A stretch of 63,918 bases of DNA, the filler included, from Octopus bimaculoides (Eukaryota): assembly GCF_001194135.2 (NCBI RefSeq). It is 6 parts of 6 records of this genome, joined end to end, with 100 filler letters (N's around TTAATTAATTAA, not from the genome) between each part and the next. Parts side by side here need not be neighbours in the genome. Positions count along the whole stretch, not along the records: positions 1 to 26,219 come from NC_068990.1; positions 26,320 to 35,365 come from NC_068982.1; 4 more parts are not named here. The stretch is one strand, 5' to 3'. Below the pieces are notes generated by a model. That model was not told the DNA's origin. It was given only the letters and a program-made list of their open reading frames with translations, and did no database searches. How positions within the stretch are numbered: the stretch's first letter is position 1; each line of letters opens with the position of its first letter. Shown one piece after another: positions 14,764-28,367 of the stretch. The position numbers and the translations under genes were made by a program.

Positions 14764-14968
14764 CTTTTCTACTCTAGGCACAAGGCCCGAAATTTTAGGG
14801 GAGGGGGCAGTCGATTAGAACGATCCCAGTGCGCAACTGGTACTTAATTGATCGACTCTGAAAGGATAAAAAGACAAAGTCGACCTTGGCGGAATTCGAA
14901 CTCAGAACGTAAAGACAGATGAAACGTTAAGCATTTCGCTAACGTGTCTGCCAGATCGCCGCCTTGTT
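14764..14968 (-). mobile_element. Family-A SINE, full length, with 13-bp target-site duplication
   Basis: Direct repeat ttgagtaaatatt at 14751-14763 and 14969-14981 flanks the element. Confidence 0.9.
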
Positions 14969-15116
14969 TTGAGTAAATATTGTATACAGTTTAGTCGGTA
15001 ACCCATACACCAGAATTCTTTAATCGTATAAACTGACTTTCGAATATATTTTACTCAATTTATTGAATATATTTGTAAATTATGCTTAATATCCATTGAG
15101 TTCTATTTTTCTTCTT

Positions 15117-15366
15117 AGGTGGGGAGCTGGCAGAACTAGTAGCACGCCGGGCGGAATGATTAGCAACATTTGGTTTCTTAACGTTCAAGTTTCCCCGAGG
15201 TCTATTTTGCCTTTCATCAGGTAAAATCAGTTGATTTCAACAACACCAATAATTGACTGGCACATATTATAAAAAATATAACCAAGTTGGGCGCTGTGGG
15301 TCGATGTAATCAAGTTATTCTCTCCCTAAAATTGCTGGCTTTGTGCCAAGATTTGAAACCAATATT
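15117..15366 (+). mobile_element. Family-A SINE (diverged)
   Basis: Head aggtggggagctggcagaa and tail aaattgctggctttgtgccaagatttgaaacc. Confidence 0.8.
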
Positions 15367-15539
15367 CATTGGATTTTTATTTATAGTCTAAATGATCTCC
15401 CACAAAACTTTCAATATCCTCAATAAAATTTTAACAATTTTGAAGATATATAAATTTATGCGTCAAAATACAAATTTTATAATAACTATAAGATTTTCAC
15501 GGCTCCCGCTAGTTATCATTAATAGTTAATATGCGTTAA

Positions 15540-15960
15540 AAGTGATGAGCTGGCGTAGTAGTTAGCATGCCGGGCAAAATACGATGCAGCATTTTGTCCC
15601 TCTTTATGTTCTGTGATCAAATTCGGCCAAGGTCGACTTTGCCTTTTATCCTTCGGGGTCGATGAAATAAGTTCCAGTGGGACACTGGAGTCAGAATAAT
15701 CTACTTAACACCTCATTCAAAATTGCTGGTCTTGTGCCAAAATGGGAAACCAATATTAATATTATTTATAATGAAGGCCAAATGCTTAGCGACATTTCGT
15801 CCGTCTTAACGTTCTGAGTTCAAATTCCGCCGAGGTCAATTTTACCTTTCATCCTTCGGGGTCGATAAAATATGTACCGGTTGATAACTGGGGGTCAATG
15901 AAATCGATGCATAAGCCCACCCCTACAAATTGCTTACCCTGTATCAACATTTCAAACCGA
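15540..15960 (+). mobile_element. Two tandem family-A SINE copies (15540-15755 and 5'-deleted 15773-15960)
   Basis: Both carry the B box and gtcgactttgcctt...ggggtcgat body, and the first carries the tail. Confidence 0.8.
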
Positions 15961-17185
15961 AACTATTTTGCATTGTGGAAATTTTACGACTAACCCCTAC
16001 ACCTCACAATTATCGGCCTTATATTTATGTTAGAAAATTATTATCTCGTCCATCTCTTCAAAGTTTCGGGCTCCAATTCCGCTGGGTCCAATTCGCTTTT
16101 CATCTGCCAGATTAGCAAAAATCAAATACCACTCCATGGCGTCGAATGAACTGACAACTTCTTACCATTAACATTTTTGTCTTATGTTGGAAATGATTTT
16201 TTTGTTTGTTTGTTTCTGATGGCATATAGATAAATTAAATAGATTAGCTTGCAGTCTTGAAATAATATATTTACGCAGTGATTTCGAATGCTCCGAAGAC
16301 TTTGCCGTTCATCCATCAAAGATACAGTGTGTGCCAGTCAATTATTAATGATGTTGAAATCAACTGATTTTACACTACGGAATTTATGACTGTGCTTTTG
16401 ATAGAAATTCTTTTTAAAGGTAGTGGATTGCAAAGCATTTACATGATGTAAATGTAATGTTTAGCTGACATACATACCGCGTTAAATTAAATTCCGTTAC
16501 AATCGAATTGGTAATGGATTTTTATAAATTCGGGGCTAAAACGCTTCCGAACACCTTCCCCTTATTATGATGAAGTCTGAAATGGTAAGTTGACTGGATT
16601 TTTGTAAGTCTGCCAAAATCGGTTGAAGACACGAGAAATGACAGACGCTCCAATCAACTACTAAAACGTAAGTATGCCGATGTGTGTATCTGTGCACCTT
16701 CATGAACACCTCCCCCCCTCTCTCTCTCTCATTCTTCCTCCATATATATATATATATATATATATNNNNNNNNNNNNNNNNNNNNNNNNNNNNNNNNNNN
16801 NNNNNNNNNNNNNNNNNNNNNNNNNNNNNNNNNNNNNNNNNNNNNNNNNNNNNNNNNNNNNNNNNNNNNNNNNNNNNNNNNNNNNNNNNNNNNNNNNNNN
16901 NNNNNNNNNNNNNNNNNNNNNNNNNNNNNNNNNNNNNNNNNNNNNNNNNNNNNNNNNNNNNNNNNNNNNNNNNNNNNNNNNNNNNNNNNNNNNNNNNNNN
17001 NNNNNNNNNNNNNNNNNNNNNNNNNNNNNNNNNNNNNNNNNNNNNNNNNNNNNNNNNNNNNNNNNNNNNNNNNNNNNNNNNNNNNNNNNNNNNNNNNNNN
17101 NNNNNNNNNNNNNNNNNNNNNNNNNNNNNNNNNNNNNNNNNNNNNNNNNNNNNNNNNNNNNNNNNNNNNNNNNNNNNNNNNNNNN

Positions 17186-17240
<55 letters not shown>

Positions 17241-17573
17241 ATGTATATATATACAACATGCTACAAAAACATGCATATTTGATACAGAATTGGGAATAGT
17301 GTCTTTGCAGATAGTATATGAGCGAAATACGCGATGGAGGTGAAGTTCTCCTATAATACAGGCAATCTTTCCATCTTTCTTTACCTCACCCGATTATACG
17401 TTAAGCACACACCCACACCCACACGCGCGCACACATATACACTCATACATGACATATATATGTACATGTGCATATATGTGTGTATATATACATATATGTG
17501 TGTGTATATATATACACATGTGTACATATATATGAATGTGTGTGTGTGTGTGTGTATATGTATATATATATAA

Positions 17574-17636
<63 letters not shown>

Positions 17637-17809
17637 CATATAAATATTCATATATATATGTGTATGTATGTATGTATATATATATGTATATATATGTATT
17701 TGTATCGATATATGTAAATTTATATACAAGTATACACAGATATATATATGTGTATTATCTCCCCTTCTTCCTAGCTCTCCTGTGTGACCCCTCTGTCCGA
17801 CATTCATCA

Positions 17810-17975
17810 TAATAGATCGCTAGCCACTATCCCTGTTTATTTCTGTGTTCCTTTCTGTCGAAGAGTGTAGGCTCGAAATGCAAAAGGCTTTCTCACTTCC
17901 CGAGCGTTAAACTAATACAACTATTTATTGCTTACACACCCGTCTTCGTCTTTTGTTTTTTTGTAAATACTCACC
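17810..17975 (+). mobile_element. Penelope-like terminal-repeat fragment containing a hammerhead-like motif
   Basis: cctttctgtcgaagagtgtaggctcgaaatgcaaaagg in a pyrimidine-rich context. Assignment to Penelope is inferred from the known link between PLE terminal repeats and minimal hammerheads. Confidence 0.5.
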
Positions 17976-18000
17976 ATACATACATACGTACACACGTGTG

Positions 18001-18037
<37 letters not shown>

Positions 18038-18449
18038 GTGTACACGCGCACCATTCTGTGCCATTGTGTGTACATGTATGTGTAATCCTAAGACCTCTCT
18101 CCAATTTACTTTTCCCCTCCCCAAATATTTTCTAAATAGATATAGCCAACATTATATTTAGAAAATTTTATGGTATATTTTGAACTTTTAATGATTTTGT
18201 TTACTTAATTGTACTAAAAATCGTTTTAGGATAGAAGTTATAGAAGTTAAAACTGAAGTCATAACTAATTAAAATTTTCACATGATTATTGTTAGTTAAT
18301 TTGATGTTCAATATTATCATTTAATTATAATACTTCGTGAATCAATTTCGATGTTCTTTGTTTCCATGGATTCCTATTACATTCCATATCCTTAGTTAAT
18401 GTCATGATAATTATTCTTTACACACTGAGATTCTTTATTGTGTACTATT

Positions 18450-20760
18450 GATATTTAGTATTATCATCAGAATTGCCAAATTCCATACTTGTTCATATCG
18501 TCAGATGTATGGCATCAGGTGTAGTGACAATGAGGCTTTTCAATTCCCAAATAATTTTCAAGCCATTCTTACACAATTGAAAATGAGAGATTTCTCCAGC
18601 TCTGCTATCCCAGTCTCCATTTCAATGTCTCTAATTCTCACAAACAGCTGTTTTGGCTTGTTCTCAACATTCTCGTGACGATAATTCACTTGCATAATCT
18701 AAATGTTTATCAGTGTTCAGCCAAATCCTGGTACTTTTCATTCTGTACTTATTTTGTTATTGTATGGTTTCATCTATAAAAGTGTTTTCAAAAATCATTT
18801 TAAATCAGATGTTTGGATTAGTTTCAGTACTGTATATAGTTTTACTATTCACCTCTCAATATGTTGTCTATTATTTCACGTTTAAATGCTATTTCGATAT
18901 ATTCTTACTGTTGGACGTTCCATTGTCGGTGCCATATACTCAATCTTGTTGGCTTCGCTTTTTTCCTGTGATTTTAAAGATTGCTTCGATCATTTGTTCT
19001 TGCGAAAGAGTCCCAAATGTTCTTCAGAGATATGTTTTTAGATGAATAATTAATGTCGCAATAGATCATTCCAGATTTCCATATTTTCCTTAACCCATTG
19101 AGCAGCAAGACAGACATTACTTGGCCATCTAATCCTTTTTGTCTGGAGCACATAAGAAGCTCTAACATGTTTTAGATATCAAAACTTGGATTATACAAAG
19201 AATTAAAGTTTGAGAAGAACGTCTATCTAATCCATGTGACTCTGATTACCGACGATGAATCAAATGTGTAATCTATTCGGAAGAGACGGCCATCCTTCCA
19301 GCACAAGCACTGAGGACATCTTCAGAAATTCGTTGCCTAGCAGTTCTACCGTGGGTCATTATCTCGTCATTGAGAAGATAAACTTTACAGGCACGGAAAT
19401 GTTGCCGCTTAAGCATGTCTGAGAGCCAGTATTGCATTACTTCACATAACATCTTAGTGTGTATCAGTAGTGACCATGTGAATATCTTCCCTGACTTCTG
19501 TTAACTGGAAAGGGCCACCTCTTTAAACCATATATTCCCCATAAATTCGTTTCGGTAGTCAATATTAAATGAAATGTGACATATTTTCGTAGTTCATTTC
19601 TGCTTAACTCGGAGAGAATAATGAAAATACAATTGAATAAATTAAAAAGTAGGTGAGAGTGGCGATCGCGGCCTAGTTAAATGATCTAACCTTTGCATCA
19701 AGCACTTGGACTGACATATGAAACTTTCACATGACATACTTCCTTTCATTTATATGAATGTGTGTTCTCCTAGTGTCTGTTTCTTAGTGTTTTAAATTTA
19801 AGCATTATTTGACACAAACAATCATATTTAGAACAAAACATTTTGACATTGTACTGTTCTTTTTTTTTTTTTTTCGTGGATGTATTCCTCATTTTGTCGG
19901 TCATTTCTTTGCTCCATTTCTAGTTTCATCGTTTTCCTAAAAACTTATTCCCTGTGTATGGTACTATTGGATTCATAGAAATGTTTTTGAAAGCTTCAAC
20001 TCATTCCTCGCAGTGAACATTATATCTAATTTTGTTCTTCATTTGAGACTGAAATTTTGTGGACATTTATTTTCCACTTGTCTGTGCTCATAATTGTAAT
20101 ATGTTGAATGTTATTCAATATTATTTCCATCAATTATTTACATGAACACAGAAATAATAGTTGATAAACTAACCTTGTTTCCCCGTATACATTCTACATA
20201 TGCTGGACGCACATACTAAGCATACTACACATATATATTGTACGGTGTTACATCCACGATTTGATCTGAATATTAAAGAAGGAATGCCCTATTGTATTCA
20301 AAATTTTCTTCATCACACTAAATCTCTGTGAATTGAGTGATTGTTAGTTTTTAATTCCATATTCAGCAGCTATTTAACACTGACAAGTTTTCTTCACACC
20401 CACTCAGATTTTTAATTAACTATTAATTACTGTAGATTTTGGTTGTTTCAACTTGCTGCCCTGACAATCAAAAGATTTAAACCATATATTCCCCATAACT
20501 GATGTCTACCAGGAAGACAAATTCCTTTTCTATTTGTATCGTATCGGACAATTTAATCGTAGATCATTTTCCTTATTACATCAAACTGGCATAATCCCAA
20601 TTTATACCTCATTTTATAAGATTGCTTGTGGAGTAGGATGCCATTGATGTTGCTTAAAGATTTTTGTTCATGATGCGGTTTTTAACTTGTTATCCAGCTC
20701 TGATCTGTATTGATTCTTACAGACGATCAAATTTCCCAGTGTTATTCATCATTCATCAGT
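18450..20760 (-). mobile_element. Possible highly decayed Ty3/Gypsy pol relic
   Basis: Weak minus-strand fragments: TIQIEKEFVFLV (like the RNase H YAQIEKELLAIV motif, near 20520) and VLVLEGWPSLP...RASYVLQTKRIRWPS (like the RH-to-integrase H2C2 region, near 19300-19120). Very degenerate. Confidence 0.3.
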
Positions 20761-21715
20761 CTGATGAATTTTATGTAGAAGTTTGCATATATTTTTCTCC
20801 TTCCGTTTCATTTATGAACATTTATTAAATATTACTTATTCAATATTTTCTTTATGCACTCTTTACATCATTGTGCAGACTGTAAGTAGCAATTTTATAA
20901 TATGTTAGAAATGTACTGGCTCTTTTGAATTATTCCTTCGATATTACATTATTTAAACAATGATTTATTTCTTACACACACTACTGCTTTATATACTCTC
21001 TCCATACATACATACTTGCGTTTGGGTAACGATGGTTTCTACCAACCTCTATTTACTGCTGCTGTCCAAATAGATATCCCTTGAATTATTTTAGGCTTTG
21101 AGGTGATCATTACCAAACAGTTGAGTATAATTGATGCTGTAATCCATTTCCCAGTTTTTATCTTTTTATTGCCTATTGTTGTTTCACTCCGGGTCAATCA
21201 TTATAGAAAAAAAACTATTATAAGTCATTCTACCTCTGACCCTTCTGTTTCTTTGCTATTTGCCGGGAAACTATCTTCACATTATCGAACATGTTTTTCT
21301 AAGACGTTTACCATGAGCAAAGAGTAATTAGCTTCTATTTCTAGGAGATTGTGTGATCTATATTGAGTCACTCTTCGTTGTTGTCTGTGGAAGCTTCGAC
21401 ATTCTTCATATATCTTTCCCTAATGGTCAAACCAAGAGCAGCCAATGCTCTGACAACGAAAACTTTTTTTTTTAATATCAACCTGCATTTTATTCCGTTT
21501 TCTTTTCTCTATTGTCACTTTTAATTCTAACAATAGATCTACAACTACATCTTCACCATACGATAACAATCAACATATAATCCTCAGAGAGTACGGGTAA
21601 CAAAGTTTCATTAGAAACATTACTTGACATGACAGCTCAGTTTAAATTCTCTGATTTCCTCGCATCCACACACATACACACGCGAAAACATATGTCCCGT
21701 GATATATATATATAT

Positions 21716-22062
21716 ATTCTTTTATTCCTTTATTCTCTTGTTTCAGTCATTTGACTGTAGTCATGCCGGAGCACCGCCTTAAAGGGTGCCGAACCGCTAA
21801 GTTACGGGAGCGTAAACATACCAACACCGGTTGTCAAGCGATGTTGGTGGAGAACAAACACAGACACAAAGTCATGCACACACCCACACGCACAAATAAA
21901 TATATATACTACGGGTTTCTTTCAGTTTCCGTTTACCAAATCCACTTACAAGGCCTTGGTCGGCCCGAGGCTATAGTAGAAGACATTTGCCCCAGGTGCC
22001 ACGCAGTGTGACTGAACGCTGAGCCATGTGGTTGGGAAGCAAAGTCCTTACCACACAGCCAC
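21716..22062 (-). mobile_element. Family-B SINE, near full length
   Basis: Minus head gtggctgtgtggtaaggactttgcttcccaaccacatgg, CORE-like segment and 3' half all present. Confidence 0.9.
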
Positions 22063-22073
22063 GGGACGTGTGC

Positions 22074-22142
<69 letters not shown>

Positions 22143-22399
22143 GTTGACTAAGAATCTCTGAGTGAGAGAAAATACGCACTCGAATACCAGTTAATAGAGT
22201 GAGAATATCATTATTAATAAAATAGAATATTCAATTCTCATAACGCTCTATTTTATAATTGGTTTCATGCCAGGAGCTGATAAAAACCATAGCAACCATC
22301 AGAAAAATATCAGAGGAATAGTATGGCGTTTTGGTTTTTGCCACTAGAAGTCTGAAAGTGTCATATCCGATTTACGCGTCTGGCGGGTGTTGTACAGCA

Positions 22400-23040
22400 T
22401 CAGAACGGAATCACCCGGAACAAAACCAGGGAGGTACTATCGGTGTCATATGCGTCAGTTGTCCTCTATTGCCTCCCTTTCTTGGTAGGTAGAATCTGTC
22501 GGTATTACTTTTAGGGTGATGTGTGTGTTTTGTGAACAGCTTTCTAGTTCTTCGGTTCATATTCTGTTGCTTGACCTTCGTGCATTTCAGGAAGGAAGTA
22601 GACTCTCTTACACCTGGCGTAGCCCATGTATTTATTGCTTTAATGATACTAATTACATTTACTTTCGTTTCAAGTAAATTTCCAATTCTACTTTTGTACT
22701 CATTAGATATTTTCTCTCGCAATTCCCCTCCCATTATCCTTATCATCTTGCAGCACTCCTAAATATTTCTATCCCTCATTATTCCACAGCGTTCTAATCC
22801 AGTTGTCTTATGGTAATTTTTATGCCATCAGAGCTTATCTTCCGGTCACTCTTCATAATTAGCACCACGCACTTACCCCAAACTGCAGTCCAATATCCTT
22901 GTGAATATTCTTACTGTTACAATCAAAGAATCTAGGTTTTTCTCATGTTTCGTATTTAGTTTGAAGTCATTCACACGAAATAAGTAATTTAATTTCACCT
23001 TGGTTTTTGTAACCTCGTAGAAGAAGTCTGAATTTTCTTC
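22400..23040 (-). mobile_element. R4/Dong-clade non-LTR retrotransposon, RT/thumb relic
   Basis: Minus: KLNYLFRVNDFKL (decayed FMDDLKL), EG*KYLGVLQ, then EYKSRIGNLLETKVNVISIIKAINTWATP...RRTRKLFTKHTHHPKSNTDRFYLPRKGGNRG (ORF 22411-22746), typical of R4/Dong. Confidence 0.85.
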
Positions 23041-23237
23041 GTATACTTGCTAATGGGATTAATGCATTAACAGATTATCATCGGGGAGATATATATTTAT
23101 GTCGTGCATATATAGTCTTCAATTCAATCAGAGAGCCGTTTGCCTTACAATGTATTATAATATCATAATATATTATTAGCATCGATATCAGTGTAGAATC
23201 ACTCCTCCATCTCCTCCTTCTACTCTTCACTCCCCTC

Positions 23238-23238
<1 letters not shown>

Positions 23239-23285
<47 letters not shown>

Positions 23286-23304
23286 GTCATCATCATCATC
23301 ATCG

Positions 23305-23341
<37 letters not shown>

Positions 23342-23348
23342 TAATATA

Positions 23349-23384
<36 letters not shown>

Positions 23385-23403
23385 GTCATCATCATCATCA
23401 TCG

Positions 23404-23442
<39 letters not shown>

Positions 23443-23502
23443 CCATCATCATCGTCATCATCATCATCATCACCATCATCATCGTCATCATCATCATCAT
23501 CG

Positions 23503-23553
<51 letters not shown>
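23239..23553. repeat. Interrupted (CAT)n array of about 315 bp
   Basis: Directly visible. It produces the spurious poly-Met ORF. Confidence 0.95.
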
Positions 23554-23554
<1 letters not shown>

Positions 23555-26057
23555 AATTAACTCACATCCAGCGTGAGGGTCGTTGTGATTACCGGTAATT
23601 CAACCACTGCCGCTACGGTGATGATAACAACTGCGACACGATGGCGGCAGTGGCCGTTGTGGTGATAGCTGTGATCAATATCTTGATCACTATCATCATC
23701 GTCATCATCATTAGTAACATTACTATCAACATCATCATGAATATATTCTTTCTCATTTTCATAATTACTATATCAGCTAATTCCATCGATAAAAAAAAAT
23801 CTAATTCCTAAATTAATTATATCTACGTATAATTAGTAAACTATCATATTGTTTAAAATAGCAAATGAACAACCAAAGTTGAATCGTACGAACAGTAAGA
23901 GAATAGAATTACGTTGATATAATACAGAGAAAATTAATAACATAACCAATAGATTTATAATTCCTATAAATGAGATATAATTTCCTTTTATTCTAAATGC
24001 ATCGTCGTCAAAGTTTATAATGAAACCTACTTTGATTTAATGAAATGTAATCATTTCAGGTTGTTTTTTGTTTCTCTTTCTGTTTTTATCATTTTAGGGA
24101 GAGAAGTATTAGATGTTGTTTCCCCTTGGTAAATATTCAATATTGTAGGATTTGCACAGTCGTATCAGCGAAGAGAAATTGTTTAGATTAGTTTATGTTA
24201 TGGCCCTAGCTTGGCAATATCATTGGTAAACACAACGAAGACATTTAAAAACTGGATAGTTTTAGAGCATATTATGGCTGCTTGTGGGACATCCCTAATC
24301 CATTCATGATGTAGAACTATGACCAGACGTGTTAAAGCCATGTCTATCTATATCTTGCTCAGCGCCACATCACATCTAGCATTGCAACTGTTTCAATGCG
24401 TTCTCATAACTTGAACGCGTTTATATTTCGTAATTTCGTAGATGCTATTTCAGTAAGTCATTTCTCTACGTTTTGGCAAATCGGAAAGCTGTTGGGTAAA
24501 AGTGACTCTTACTGAATGTTTTTAAAGTATTTCTTTTCCGAAATGGAGGACTCAGAAAGCAAACGACATTACTTGTGACTGATGCGGAATATCACAACAA
24601 ATGGCAGTATACAGCTATATTGTTAGTTGATTAATAATGGGATGAAAGACGTTACAGACGAAACCATCTTAGTTACTTCTGAGTATGTAGAACAAGCGAA
24701 TTTGACGCGTCCCAATTTAAGTGCGTGATGTTAGTAGAATATTAGTTGTTCATTCTTGGCATATTTATGAGTAACCGCTGTGTTGACTCCATATATAGAT
24801 GTCTATCTGCTTTTTAATAATTTATCTTCGTTTGCAGTAATTTAGGCGTAAATATCATAAGAAATGATAAGTCACAGGTTATTTGATCAGAGGTTAGCTT
24901 GGATGATAGCATTGCCTAGAAATAACGTATCTCTGAAGTTCACTAATAATTTCGCCCACATAGATCCCTCACTCCTTGTATCCCATGATATTTCCTATGG
25001 AATATAACCATACGAGTTAAGAACCACTGTTCAAATGATTTAATTCTCCGGCAGTTTCGCAATTTACTCCTAAAATGCAACAGAGGAAAATGTGCATTAT
25101 AAAGTAACCGACTTTTATTGACTTAGGCTATATAGGAAGGAAATGTTTACAGAGATTCTTTTATGTAACGGTGACACTATGGCTAGTCGTAAATACAATT
25201 TAAATTGAAGAACTAAGATATCAGCATCCTTTTATTAGTCTAGATATTAATTATGAAGAATTAATAAACAACTTCTACGTCTTCAAACAAGAGTCTTGAT
25301 AAAGGTAATCTATTCCAGCGAATCAGATATTTATTGATTAATATATTTTTTTTCTATTTTAGGAGATTGTCTAATGAGGCACCAACAATTCGAACATCAC
25401 AACACGCAGAAGATCATTTAATTATCCAAAATAAGGGACAATGGGCTGTCGGCAGATGATATGCAGTTTTAATGTGTCCTAAAATATTGATACGGCATAG
25501 ATGTATAGCATGTTTGCGGAGATTAAACATATGCAAGCATAATAATGAGTAAGTCTGTGTCTATCCTTCGTTGACCACTGCAAATGTGAAGCAAAAGGAG
25601 ACAGATGAACAAAGAATTACAGTTCGGAGATCTGGGAATATGAAATATATACATTTCAATATGTTTATGTGGATGGCGATCCGGAATATTTTGCAACAGT
25701 TTCAAATTGGAAGTAATATATATTATGCCTTTGAAGATAAACATGTAGAGGATGTGGTATCTCAGTGATTCAACGTTCATCAAGGGTTAACACGCTTTCT
25801 GTCTGGCATCCATATTTTCATGTGTTTGATTGGATTTCTCGCACGGCTAAAATTAATATTAAGAAGTAATAAGTTTCAAAAGCTTGTCAAATACTCTAGA
25901 TACAATGCATTACTATAATTCAATCAAATGATACACATTCTTGTCACTAGTTAAAGTAAAATAACAATTACAGACAACCACCGCAATGTGATACGTTTAT
26001 GCTTAGCAAATAAGGTAATATATAATGTAAATATATTCTGGATATATATATATATAT

Positions 26058-26219
26058 CATCATCATCATCATCATCATCGTTTAACGTCCGCTTTCCATG
26101 CTAGCATGGGTTGGACGATTTGACTGAGGACTGGTGAAACCGGATGGCAACACCAGGCTCCAGTCTGATTTGGCAGAGTTTCTACAGCTGGATGCCCTTC
26201 CTAACGCCAACCACTCAGA
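26058..26219 (-). mobile_element. RTE LINE extreme 3' end with (GAT)n tail, cut by a gap
   Basis: Near-identical to 32355-32525 (tttaacgtccgctttccatgctagcatggg...). Confidence 0.8.
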
Positions 26220-26319
26220 NNNNNNNNNNNNNNNNNNNNNNNNNNNNNNNNNNNNNNNNNNNNTTAATTAATTAANNNNNNNNNNNNNNNNNNNNNNNNN
26301 NNNNNNNNNNNNNNNNNNN

Positions 26320-26360
<41 letters not shown>

Positions 26361-27499
26361 TATATATATACAGAAAGGGGCCAGTTGGTAGTGTATGACC
26401 TGCTGTAAGTAAAGGTTACAAAAACCAAAATATGAGAAAGTTAAGGATAGAGAAGCACACACACACACACATACAATCACGGATATATGAGCGTGTATAG
26501 GGAATTTGAAAATCTGGAGCCAAACATTTCATTTAAGAGAATTGACCTGAAAATATTTAGGGAAACAAAATGGACACCAACGTGTCCTTTTTTTTTCCTG
26601 GTAGTTTTAGCATGTTGAACGACTCCTTAGAGAATGTCTTATTGCTTTAGAGAGGAAATGTAAGTACATCATGCAGGCTTTGATAGGATAGGTATAGCTA
26701 TGTGTTTAGAAGGGTATAGAGAAGCAGAGACCATTAAAGTAGTGGTAGGAAAGATGTAGAGAAGAGACATCATATTGGCCAGTTATTGTTCATAGCATTT
26801 TCGTAAATGAATGCAGCATCTTAACCACATAAACACCATGCTGTTATTCCAATCTAATAGTCCTTGAGGGATCATAGCAGCTACAGTAACTGCAGCTCTT
26901 CTTCGGTTTAACTAATAGTAAAAGAAAATAAAAGACATCAAGTGACAGCAGCAGATAATTAGTAGTTTATGAGTTGATATGAGAAGTAACATTTCCAGCT
27001 ATGGCTTTTGTCCCTCCCTCCTAAATTAATGACCACACACACACACACACACGTACACATGTAATCGTCTAGCATGAATCATGTGTTTTCATGAAAGAAA
27101 TGTTAAATTATCTCAGAACACCACAGTCTCTTGCTAGATAATGATATAAAGAAGTCCAGCTGTTTCTTTACAAATGTCTCTTGTATTTTGCTTGAAACTT
27201 GTTTTGTACATCTTATTATATGTTTTATTTGTATATACAAAATGATTTGTTAAGAAGAAATGAATAGGTGTGTATAAATATGTATGAATGTATGTGCGGT
27301 TGTGTATGTGTGTGTATGTCTGCATGCAACCACATCTGTGATTTATCAATGATAGTAAGACAGGAGGGCAAGTACAAGGAAAAACATAGTGCTTGATGTG
27401 TTTATGCATCAAACACAGGAATATATATATGCACACATACATATATAAGGATATATATTTTGCATATATGTATGTATTTGTGTATGTATGTATGTATGT

Positions 27500-28240
27500 G
27501 TGCACACGGGCATGTTCTCTTCTGTTTTTAATTATTTAAACTATTTCTCTGAGGAAGGAGCTGGTTTCTAACAAAGAGACAAAGCTCCATCGTTGGATTG
27601 TAGATAACGAAAACAATGTCACATTTTAAACTTGAGAAAAGTCTTGCATTATATTTGTAATATGCGAGTTGGTTGACTGATTTCTTCTTCTGAAAATCCA
27701 AGCTTGCGCACACTGTCAGTTAGGCATTTACTCACAAAAAAACAAGTGCAACAATTATAACTGCTATAAACGTAAATTCGTAATCTGGATATAACTGAAG
27801 GTTTCGAAGAAGTTGTCCATAGTTATTCTCTTTCTAGTTGATTTTCAAAGAGATGTACACATCAGCAGGACTGTTGACCTCTATGATGGTGCATACATTT
27901 TCTTGTTTCTCCCAAGCAATGACATCCGGCATGTTATGCTTATACTTGACAAAAGTTTTGATGGAAATATTCCATCAGTATTCCTTGTTGTTTGTGTATG
28001 TATTCAATAACAAGGATATTATCTATATTATTCCAGGACCGTCTTTTTTTTTCCGGATGGCATTGTATATTGGTTTTGCAACAACGTTGTGCCGCATAAG
28101 GAGATAGAAGCTTGTTGTCATTTTTGGGTAGCTGCTAACCACATGTGTGAGGTCTTCCAGAGAAATACGATATAATCTACATTTTTGGTTGCATCTTGGA
28201 ACTCCAAGGGCTTCACAGTCACTTGTGTTTATTAGGTATT
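27500..28240 (-). mobile_element. RLE-type (R4-like) non-LTR retrotransposon, zinc knuckle plus endonuclease relic
   Basis: Minus: RLYRISLEDLTHVVSSYPKM...MRHNVVAK...KHNMPDVIAWEKQENVCTIIEVNSPADVYISLK...YGQLLRNLQL. Same group as the 42095 copy. The 3' end abuts (CATA)n. Confidence 0.8.
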
Positions 28241-28277
28241 TAGTAGCAATCGATTTGTAGCGTACACTCGAGTGTAA

Positions 28278-28312
<35 letters not shown>

Positions 28313-28322
28313 NNNNNNNNNN

Positions 28323-28367
<45 letters not shown>

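Noticed and set aside
23078-23554. Poly-Met ORF and the many poly-HT, YI, CV, ER, S and N ORFs in the track
   Set aside because: They are translations of microsatellites or run through N gaps, with no splice or homology support.
24098-25460. Plus-strand acceptor-like sites at 24098 (31-nt candidate microexon) and 25363 (RLSNEAPTIRTSQHAEDHLIIQNKGQWAVGR*)
   Set aside because: No recognisable homology or consistent exon chain, and such sites are common by chance in T-rich DNA.
26264-26275. Recurrent TTAATTAATTAA motif (five copies) as a biological signal
   Set aside because: Always centred in exactly 100-bp N blocks and has stops in all six frames, so it is an assembly linker.
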